64,000 bases of DNA. It comes from Octopus vulgaris. Its lineage: Eukaryota. Each line of letters starts with the position of its first letter. The first letter of the stretch is position 1. The notes below the pieces were generated by a model. The model was not told the origin of the DNA, did no database searches, and saw only the letters and a program-made list of their open reading frames with translations. Shown here one piece after another: positions 53,807 to 64,000 of this stretch. Made by a program: the position numbers and the translations under genes. Where the stretch lies: NCBI GenBank assembly GCA_951406725.2, contig OX597838.1, positions 40,920,001 through 40,984,000 on the forward strand. Reading direction: 5' to 3'.

Positions 53807-53838
53807 AACATACATACATACATACATACACACATACA

Positions 53839-53870
<32 letters not shown>

Positions 53871-54018
53871 AACATACATACATACATACATACACACATA
53901 CATACATACATACACACATACATATAAACATACACACATACATACATACATACACACATACATATAAACATACATACATACACACATACATACACACATA
54001 CATACATACATACATACA
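53213..54018. repeat. (TACA)n microsatellite
   Basis: Direct reading. Confidence 0.97.
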
Positions 54019-54328
54019 TGATTTGTCACATGGTACATAATAGTCGTCTAATGAGAAGGGTCACATGCTTTGTTCTAAATTCATGTCAGATGTGCAGAAA
54101 TGAGACAAAGAAGTTTTAATGTCGAAAGGAAGAAATAAGCGGAAGAACCACGGCATCCCACAATACATTAGGAAGGATCTGGTCGCTGGAAAATATTTCC
54201 GCTTTAATGTATTTATAGGACGTGTCCCCTTCCTTGCGATTGCTCTTGGAATTAAGGAGAATCCAGATTCCTGTTATGGGAAAGTCTGAGAACAACAAAT
54301 GTAACAACCGGCTTATTTATTATTGCTT

Positions 54329-54833
54329 CCACCACCACCACCACCACCACCACCACCACCACCACCACCACCACCACCACCACCACCACCACCACCACCA
54401 CCACCACCACCACCACCGCCACCACCACCACCACCACCACCACCACCACCACCACCACCACCACCACCACCACCGCCACCACCACCACCGCCGCCACCAC
54501 CACCACCACCACCACCACCACCACCACCACCACCACCACCACCACCACCACCACCACCGCCGCCACCACCACCACCACCACCACCACCACCACCACCACC
54601 ACCACCACCACCACCGCCACCACCACCACCGCCACCACCACCACCACCACCACCACCACCACCGCCACCATCACCACCACCACCACCACCACCACCACCA
54701 CCACCACCACCGCCACCGCCGCCACCACCACCACCACCACCACCACCACCACCACCACCACCACCACCGCCGCCGCCGCCGCCGCCACCACCACCACCAC
54801 CACCACCACCACCACCACCACCACCACCACCAC

Positions 54834-54879
<46 letters not shown>

Positions 54880-55446
54880 ACCACCACCACCATCCACCAC
54901 CACCATCACCACCACCACCACCACCACCACCACCACCACCGCCACCACCACCGCCACCACCACCACCGCCACCACCACCACCGCCACCACCACCACCACC
55001 ACCGCCACCACCACCACCGCCACCACCACCACCACCACCACCACCACCACCACCACCACCACCGCCACCACCACCACCACCACCACCACCACCACCACCG
55101 CCACCACCACCACCACCACCACCGCCACCACCACCACCGCCACCACCACCGCCACCACCACCACCGCCACCACCACCACCACCACCACCACCACCACCGC
55201 CACCACCACCACCACCACCACCGCCACCACCACCACCACCACCACCACCACCGCCACCACCACCACCGCCACCACCACCGCCACCACCACCACCGCCACC
55301 ACCACCACCACCACCACCACCACCACCGCCACCACCACCACCACCACCACCACCACCACCACCACCACCACCACCACCACCGCCGCCACCGCCGCCGCCG
55401 CCGCCGCCACCACCACCACCACCACCACCACCATCCACCACCACCA
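54329..55446. repeat. (CCA)n/(CCG)n microsatellite, ~1.1 kb
   Basis: Direct reading. Confidence 0.97.
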
Positions 55447-55527
55447 TCGTCGCCGTCATGTTGCTATGTTGTTTTTCCTGCTTTTAGATCTAGGTTAAGA
55501 GGCCAAGTTGAAACTCCATTTTTATCC

Positions 55528-55815
55528 ATGTATGTATGTATGTATGCATGTATGTATGTATGTATGTATGCATGTATGTATGTATGTATGTATGTATGTA
55601 TGTATGTATGTATGTATGTATGTATGTATGTATGTATGTATGTATGTATGTATGTATGTATGTATGTATGCATGTATGTAAATATGTATATATGTATGTA
55701 TGTATATATGTATGTATGTATGTATGTTATGTATGTATGTATGTATGTATGTATGTATGTATGTATGTATGTATGTATGTATGTATATGTATGTAAATAT
55801 GTATATATGTATGTA

Positions 55816-55851
<36 letters not shown>

Positions 55852-55863
55852 TGTATGTATATG

Positions 55864-55896
<33 letters not shown>

Positions 55897-55933
55897 GTAT
55901 GTATGTATGTATGTATGTATGTATGTATGTATG

Positions 55934-55965
<32 letters not shown>

Positions 55966-56121
55966 CATGTAGGTATGCATGTATGTATGTATGTATGTAT
56001 GTATGTATGTATGTATGTATGTATGTATGTATGTATGTATGTATGTATGTATGTATGTATGTATGTATGTATGTATGTATGTATGTATGTATGTATGTAT
56101 GTATGTATGTATGTATGTATG

Positions 56122-56156
<35 letters not shown>

Positions 56157-56161
56157 GTATG

Positions 56162-56200
<39 letters not shown>

Positions 56201-56237
56201 GTATGTATGTATGTATGTATGTATGTATGTATGTATG

Positions 56238-56269
<32 letters not shown>

Positions 56270-56411
56270 TGTATGTATGTATGTATGTATGTATGTATGT
56301 ATGTATGTATGTATGTATGTATGTATGTATGTATGTATGTATGTATGTATGTATGTATGTATGTATGTATGTATGTATGTATGTATATATGTATGTATAT
56401 ATGTATGTATG

Positions 56412-56443
<32 letters not shown>

Positions 56444-56511
56444 TGTATGTATGTGTATGTATGTATGTATGTATGTATGTATGTATGTATGTATGTATGT
56501 ATGTATGTATG

Positions 56512-56545
<34 letters not shown>

Positions 56546-56607
56546 TGTATGTATGTATGTATGTATGTATGTATGTATGTATGTATGTATGTATGTATGT
56601 ATGTATG

Positions 56608-56661
<54 letters not shown>

Positions 56662-56679
56662 TGTATATATGTATGTATG

Positions 56680-56710
<31 letters not shown>

Positions 56711-56731
56711 ATATGTATGTATATATGTATG

Positions 56732-56765
<34 letters not shown>

Positions 56766-56792
56766 TGTATGTATGTATGTATGTATGTATGT
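55528..56792. repeat. (TATG)n microsatellite, ~1.26 kb
   Basis: Direct reading. Confidence 0.97.
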
Positions 56793-56839
56793 TTATTGGC
56801 ATTACAAATTTTTTCGTTTGCCCTTATTTATAAGTTATG

Positions 56840-56930
<91 letters not shown>

Positions 56931-57465
56931 CATATATGTATATATATATGTGTGTATGTATAAGGGCGGACGAACTCTTGAAAGTCAACGGCCATCCAAT
57001 AAATGTCTTAAGGCTGTATCATGCGCAGGGACATAGAAATAATCGGATTGAATACCCGATCGGGCAGTTAAACCATTGGGAGTGAAGGACTCCTAGCCTT
57101 TGTTAGGGCATCCTTCTAGAGAAGGTAACTCATGTAACTGAGATAACTCCGACATAAAACCTGCGGCTCAGTGGTTACCGATGATGCTGACTTGTTCTTC
57201 TTTTCGGATTATGGCTGCTGTTGCTTAGTGAGTGGGATTGACTCAGTGCACAGCCTTTCCTCACTTAAAAAAATCTTCTTGCACAGGCATTGCACGATAA
57301 CAACATTGATTAAGCTTTGTGCAATGGCCGTACTCGATAACGAGGGGGCAGCCACTATGTATGTATGTATGTATGTATGTATGTATGTATGTATGTATGT
57401 ATGTATGTATGTATGTATGTATCTATGCTTATATGTATATATGTATGTTTATATGTATGTATGTT

Positions 57466-57497
<32 letters not shown>

Positions 57498-57509
57498 TGT
57501 ATGTACGTG

Positions 57510-58750
57510 TTCACTTCTGTTTTTGATTTAATTATTTAAATTCTTCCTCTGACGAAGGAGCTGATTTCTAACAAAGTTACAAAGCTCCATCGTTGGAATG
57601 TAAGCAACAAAAACAACGTCACGTTTTAAACTTGAGAAAGTCTTGCATATTTTAACGGTTCCACTTATAGATTAAATTTGTAATGTGTGAGTTAGTTGGT
57701 TGACATTTCCCTGAAAATCCTCGCTTACCCAGACTGTCACTAAGGCATTTTTCTCACTAAGCTAAGTGCACCAATTATTATTGGTATAAACAACAGCTTA
57801 TAATCTAGATATGGAAGCTGGAGGTTTCGAAGCAGTTATCCATTGTTATTTTTTTTCTCTTTGATTTTCAAAAAGATGATCCCGTCAGCAGGACTGCTGA
57901 CCCCTATGGGGATGCATACATTTTCTTGTTTGTTTCAAACAACAATATTCAACCTGTTACATTTCAACTTGTTTTGATGGGTATGTTCTACGATTATTTC
58001 TTTTATTGATGTTTGTGTATGTAGTCAATAACTGGGGGATTCTCTACATTCCTTTCAAGACAGTCTCCCTTTTCGGAATGGCATTGTATGATATTTTTGC
58101 GACAACATCGTGTCAAACAAGGGTGACATTTGATAACATTTTTGGGCAGTTGCTAATCACACGTGTGATATTTTCCACAGAATCTCTCTATATATATAAA
58201 CGGCAGTTTGTCTGTCTGTGTGTCTGTGTGTCTGTCAGGTTGTACCCTCACCCTGACCACGGCTTTCAACCGATTCTGATGAAACTTGACACACACATAG
58301 CCCAATGTCATAATTCAAAACTAACGCAGTGAAAATTTTGAAAAGTTCCCCCAGTTCTGAAAAAAATCGATAAATTCGACATTGGCTCGAGAATCTAAGC
58401 TTTTTATATGCAACACATTTTCTGTCTAGGGGACACAACTCGACCATTTTATCGCCCAAAGGGACAGCTAGGTACATCGTATACACAGAAGTATTCGAGT
58501 GAAGAGAAGACATTGCAACCTACACATGCGCCTTCGTTCCCTAGAGGGAAAGGACTAGATTGGGATTAGTCGTTGCCTACTAGGGGCTCTTACATACCCG
58601 GGCAACGCCGGGCTATGCTGCTAGTTATGATATAAACTACATTTTCGGTTGCATCTTGGAGCTCTAAGAGCTTCACTGTCTCTCGCTTATTAAGTATTTC
58701 GTAGCAATCACTTGTTCTTAGACTGACAATACATAACCTTCGAAGTGTGA
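57510..58750 (-). pseudogene. Decayed RLE-type LINE 3' end, homologous to 27414-28135, split by a Helitron
   Basis: Shared blocks aacttgagaaagtcttgcatat and gaagctggaggtttcgaagcagtt; abuts (TATG)n. Confidence 0.75.
58183..58624 (+). mobile_element. Non-autonomous Helitron, third subfamily
   Basis: A|TC ... cccgggcaacgccgggc hairpin ... CTAG|T. Confidence 0.88.
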
Positions 58751-59813
58751 TGTGATGTAGCTGTAACGGTTGGTATTACGATATATGCTGGAGTCGGCAG
58801 TTAGTGATTGTATCGGGTGTTGCTGTTGCAGATGTGCACGATGGAAGAAGAACAGTGATCGAAGTTGTAAAAAAATATTTATTTACCGTCACCTTAATAT
58901 ATGCCATACACGACAGATAGGCTAGTGTAATAGTATAATACAGTTCGTAAAGCATGCAATGTAAAGAAAGTTAATTTCGGCCTGTATATGTGTGTACACG
59001 ATCTCATAGTAGTATATATAGAGAATAGTATATATACATAATAGTATATATAGAGAGTAGTATATATACAAAGAAAAGAAAGTGAGTTAGTGAAAGTGAG
59101 TGGTGGGACGAAACAACTGCTTCGTTGGTGAGTTACCTTAATTATCCCTTTGTGGCTTTTTCTTCAGCCGTCAGGCATACTCGCTTCTCACTAACTAACT
59201 TTGGCTTATGGAGTTCTTGCTTTTATAACTATCCAAAACCAGCCAGAAGGATAGACATTTTGTTGAGAACAATAGATCTTGTTGGCGGTCTGTTATCTCT
59301 AGTCTCAGCTTTTGGTGGCCTAGAAGAGGTTAGAAGGGTCAAGTGGAATAGACATTATTCTGCTTAACGAAGGCATCTGGCAAATGTAACTGCTGTCACT
59401 CCCAGAAAAAAAAAACTATTGTTTTACCGCGAGAAAAATGCTGTTGAACTGTTAAGTGAAATTTGGCGATCGAGGATCGAGTCCACGCCATGCCTGCACA
59501 AAGCCATTACATTATTGTCAATGCTACTCACTTCCTCAAGGAAGTCAGTAGCATTGACAATAATAATGAGTATGGAAACTTGTGCATCCACAAAATTTAT
59601 AGCTATATACAGCATATTACAATGGCATACACGTGTCCCCGCTGCAGCGACTGCACGTTGTTGTAGATGCAACCTTTCAGTATTGTCAGTGTAGTTTCAT
59701 CAGGGTTCGTCCATTTGGTCATCCTCGAAGTGAACTGGTTGAAGTAAGTTTTTGTTAGTGTTAAACTAGGTCAAGGTTGGGATTGTTGTTTTTCTAATAT
59801 TCTTTGTAATAGT

Positions 59814-60208
59814 CTAGCAGCATCGCCCGGTGTTGCTCGGGTTTGTAAGGGAAATAACTATATAAGCATTTTTAGAGATGTAAAGTATAATAGCAATTTC
59901 AATATGGCTAACCACAAAGGGGGGGGGGTGTTACTGTAGCTTTTTACGTTCTGAGATTTAATAATAAATTTTTAGAGAGTTACTTCCCTTATATATGCCA
60001 AAAATGCATTAAAAATGGGAAAAATTGATGGTAATTTTTTTTAAAATCGTAGACTCATCGTAGACGCGCGTTAATACCCAGAATGGCTCGATATGAATAA
60101 CGACTATAAGATACCCGGTTTTGGTTAAACTGCACCGCAAAATGTGGGAGTAGTTAGGAATCTAAATCGTAGGAGACAGACACACAACCTCACTTTTATA
60201 TATAAAGA
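59814..60208 (-). mobile_element. Non-autonomous Helitron, subfamily A
   Basis: Reverse complement of 24290-24679. Confidence 0.88.
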
Positions 60209-60399
60209 TGTAATAGTTGTGTGCGTTCTTTTTGGTTCAGAGTGCGGTATTTGTATACAAGTGATTTTTGTTTGCTTAAATTCATTTTTACTCGGTTACT
60301 CGGCTGTTTGTATTGTATATTGCGTAGTGTATTCATTTATATTGTTTGAAAGACAATTTCCGAGTGTGCAGACATCTCAGTGTTTGTTCTTTTCTCGTG

Positions 60400-60850
60400 T
60401 TTATTAATGTGTATTTTGATGTAAATGTTTAGTAAAGCTCCTCTACGCAGAGGTCACATCTTTTCCCTCCTATTCTATAAGGCTTAGCAGGACTAATTAG
60501 CACCCAATCAATCGAATAGCTATTGTTTTGTATTTAATTGATCAAATTAGTTTACTTAGTCTTGTACTATTTAATTTTTCCCTATCCCGAAATGACTTCG
60601 GGTGATAAGTGAGTCTTTTTTTTTGCAAAAAGAGAAATGGCCCCTATATAAAAATATTCTATACCCTCGAAGGTTACTTTATATCTGTACACAACGTTCC
60701 TGGTTTTACATTTTGAGTCTAACGGACAAATTTTATTTCTTGCACAGTTGCATAAACTAGTTGGTTTATTTCTTTTATTAACTGCTTCGTTGACTTCTCT
60801 GGGGGTCTGTTCTAAATATTTCCCTCTAATTGCCATATTATTTCTGATGT
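60400..60850 (-). pseudogene. Penelope GIY-YIG fragment
   Basis: CNCARNKICPLDSKCKTRNVVYRYKVTFEGIEYFYIG. Confidence 0.75.
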
Positions 60851-60869
60851 CCCCACTGAGGATTATTTC

Positions 60870-61215
60870 TAATGTTTCTACTAAGATTGGTACTTAGGCA
60901 GCGTGTTAGATATTCTAATGCTCCAATACTTACAGGTATGAACTTGAAATTGTAAGCCGAATAGAGTAAATGTAGATTTCGCAATCTTTCGCGAAGGTGT
61001 TTTCTTTTTCACTGATCTTTAGTTCTGTGTTAACATCCTTTGGGCAGCTTATTTCCACAACTGTACACAGTTTCTCTTTTCTGTCCAAATCACTATGTCT
61101 AGTCTATCATGTTTACATTTTATTGAGTTTTTCGCTGGGACATTCCACCAGTACTCCTTTTTATTATGAGTAGCTATGGCCTCTACTATACTATAAGTTC
61201 TTATTTCTTTGGCCT
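60870..61215 (-). pseudogene. Third RLE-type LINE fragment
   Basis: Minus strand KEYWWNVP and KLCTVVEISCPKDVN, similar to the 27685-28125 protein. Confidence 0.7.
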
Positions 61216-61664
61216 CAGTATGTATGCATGTACGTATGTATAGTAGAGGTGAATATCCGTCATTCGAAGACGTGGATTCATTTATTCATTCGACTGAATT
61301 ATCTCCTCTTGAATTAGCGTATAAATGATTGAGCATCCAGCAAACATGCGCGCTGTACTCATAACACAATATTATGGGAGATTCAGCGCGACACACTTTG
61401 TGATAAGGACGTAGCCTCTAAATCACAGGTATAATCCACTCGAAGGACTTCTGTACAGTTTCCATCAGTTTCACTCACAAAGTATAGATCAGTTTGTTAC
61501 GTACTGAAATCGAACTTTGGAACTCGTAGTTGCGGATAAAACTTCTTAAACGTGTAATGCGTCTAAAAATAAGAAATGAGATCTCGGACGGAATATTCGA
61601 CCATGAGTTCAATTCACTGAATTAGCGCGTTTGTGACAAGCATGTCGATAATTTCGACGACGAA

Positions 61665-61953
61665 GTTTCCAGTTGATCTGATCAACGGAGCAACTTGCTC
61701 GTGAAATTAACGTCCATGTGGCTGAGCACTCCGCAGATATAGTTTAACGTAGTTTTCAGAGAGATTCAGGAACACACAGAATAAGACAAGGTCGGCCCTT
61801 TCAAATATAGGTTGAAATCATTTTTGTCGGTTGAGTGAACTGAAATAACGAGAAATAAAGTGCCTGTCTCAAGGACACAACACGCCGCCAGGAATCGAAC
61901 TCAGGACCTTTCGCACTCGAGCTGAATACTCTAACCATCAAGCCACGCGCCTT
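61665..61953 (-). mobile_element. Diverged tRNA-derived SINE
   Basis: Minus-strand head ggcgcgtggcttgatggttagag...gagttcgattcc followed by gtgtccttgag. Confidence 0.7.
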
Positions 61954-62092
61954 CGCACAGCGCTTACGTGACCAAGCATTCCTCAGACGTGTGTACACAA
62001 GCGTAGTTCACGCACGGAATCAGCGTGACACAATTTAACAAGGTTAGACATTTGACATACAGGCACAATCCGTTAGACGACCTTCTCACTCG

Positions 62093-62283
62093 ATATCAAA
62101 TCTCTGAGCGAGATATAAACAGTAGCAATACGGAATCGTAACATATAATTGCCAACCAGGTGTATTTTCCTGGGGCTATAAACGTCAGTAGCACTGTCCT
62201 GTATAGGACGCCACATTTCGTTGACAATTATCTGTTACGATTCCGTATTGCTACCGTTTATGTCTCGCTCAGAGAGTTGATAT
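62093..62283. repeat. Fold-back with ~58 bp arms next to (TA)n
   Basis: atatcaaatctctgagcgaga...ataattg / caattat...tctcgctcagagagttgatat; the loop resembles 4814-4838. Confidence 0.8.
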
Positions 62284-62285
62284 AG

Positions 62286-62345
<60 letters not shown>

Positions 62346-62349
<4 letters not shown>

Positions 62350-62854
62350 TTAATATACGATAAAAGTTTCGAAAATTTTTTATCAATGGCCAGCATATTA
62401 AAAAATACCTTTAAAGGTTAAATTTATGAACAACTTATAAACAAGAGCAAAAGAAAAATTCCAATGCCAAATATGCCGAAAATAGACTTAATAGTCAATA
62501 ACCATATAATTTACCACTATAAGCACGCGTCTCGAAAGTAAGCCGACAGACATTTCTAAGAAAATTCGTTATTATCGAATCGGTCCCGATTTCTGTGTAA
62601 ATTCATTTAGAATTTTCTCGTCATCAGCGATAAATACGATAAGAACGATATTTCTTATCGTATTTATCGCTGATGACGAGAAAATTTTAAATGAATTAAC
62701 ACAGAAATCGGGGCCGATTTTTTTAGAAATTTCTGTCGGGTTACTTTCGAGACGCGTGCTTATAGTGATAAATTACATGGTTATTGACGATTAAGTCTAT
62801 TTTCGGCATATTTGGCATTGGAATTTTTTTTCTTTTGCCCTTGTTATAAGTTGT
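62346..62854. mobile_element. Fold-back insertion (arms 62430-62644 / ~62652-62854) in (TA)n with decayed hammerheads
   Basis: atcg-CTGATGA-c...a-GAAA-tcggggc-cgat at 62666-62718 plus a mirror copy; the UH triplet is lost. Confidence 0.8.
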
Positions 62855-62867
62855 ATATATATATATA

Positions 62868-63356
62868 CTAGCAGTATCGCCCGGCGTTGCTCGGGTTTGT
62901 AAGGGAAATAACTATATAAGCATTTTTAGAGAGTTACTTCCCTTATAAATTCGGGCTTTCTTAGCCATTTTTGTTTTGGTGTCTTCAAGCCATGAAGTCG
63001 TTGTTCTAAAAGAACGCTGGTTTCCTTCACAACGCATTACGACGTTGATTTCTTTACACTCCCTTCCCCACAGCTTCATGAGGGAGGGAAGGGGGAGAAG
63101 CAAACAGGTGCAGCTGTGAGCGTGGTGCCAACTCCGCCGCCATCGACACACGATGCATTTTATGCATTAAAATGGAATAAAAAATGATGTTAAATTATTT
63201 TTAAAATCGTAGACTCATCGTTGACGCGCGCTAATAGTCAGACGGGCTCGATATGAATCACGACTATAAGATACCCGAATTTGGTTAAACTGCACCGCAA
63301 AATGTGGGAGGAGTTAGGAATCTAAATCGAAGGGGACAGACACTCACACAACTAGA

Positions 63357-63370
<14 letters not shown>
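62868..63370 (-). mobile_element. Non-autonomous Helitron, subfamily B
   Basis: Reverse complement of 24680-25193 with intact CTAG. Confidence 0.88.
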
Positions 63371-63438
<68 letters not shown>

Positions 63439-63444
63439 CGTATA

Positions 63445-63655
63445 TGTTTGTGTCTGTGTCTGTGTCCTTCACCGCCGGTTGATAACCGGTGTTGATGTGT
63501 TTACGTCTCCGTGACCTAGCACTTCAGCAAAAGAGTGCGACAGAATAAGTGCAAAGTTAAAAAAGTGCTGGGATCGACTAAAATTCTTTAAGGAAGTGCC
63601 CCAGCATGACCGCTTTCTAATGACTGGATGACTGACACAAGAAAAGGACTAAAAG
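63445..63655 (+). mobile_element. Diverged family C SINE tail
   Basis: aaccggtgttgatgtgtttacgtctccgtgacctagc...ccagcatgaccgc. Confidence 0.65.
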
Positions 63656-64000
63656 ATCAAAGTCAATAAACGAATTTAAAGAACAGAAATAATCGATATC
63701 TAAGCTACTTAAGTTTTCCATTATGTCTACGATGTCGTATCCCTAAAATATACTTTTAAAAATTGTTTTTAAGTTTATATATTCGTTTTGGAAGATTCCT
63801 GATATGAAATTGTTGGTTGAAAAAGATATTAATGGTTATATTTCGGTACGGTCATTTTTTTTCAGCCAAATAAATACACGCACTGCTTATTCGTTATTCA
63901 CTTCTGTTTTATTTCTGTTCTTATTGACACTAAAGTAAGAACGTTAATAAAGCTGATGGGAAGAACGAATATAAAGTGCGGGTATTTGGAAAAAAAAAAA

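Noticed and set aside
58274-58290. CTGATGAAAC hammerhead-like word
   Set aside because: No stems; it is part of a common Helitron internal motif.
59510-59570. Hairpin cattattgtcaatgctac...gtagcattgacaataa as a miRNA or terminator
   Set aside because: An isolated palindrome with no supporting context.

Overview
AT-rich, microsatellite-saturated eukaryotic DNA, most likely intergenic or intronic sequence from an octopus-like cephalopod (inferred from the SINE families and repeat load). I found no convincing host protein-coding exon, and nearly all ORFs in the track are microsatellite artefacts. The real content is mobile DNA: a Neptune-like Penelope element with inverted pseudo-LTRs, other Penelope remnants, R4/Dong-type, CR1-type and L1/Tx1-type LINE fragments, several tRNA-derived SINE families, non-autonomous Helitrons, hAT- and Merlin-like MITEs, and Tc1/mariner remnants. 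The main hidden signal is about 20 minimal type I hammerhead ribozyme motifs (about 10 well formed). Most sit in short fold-back or partial-tandem insertions inside (TA)n tracts. They include recurrent core variants, one unit whose layout implies a circular or tandem RNA template, and one ribozyme joined to a LINE exactly at its predicted self-cleavage site. All structures were read by eye; boundaries of degenerate elements are approximate.
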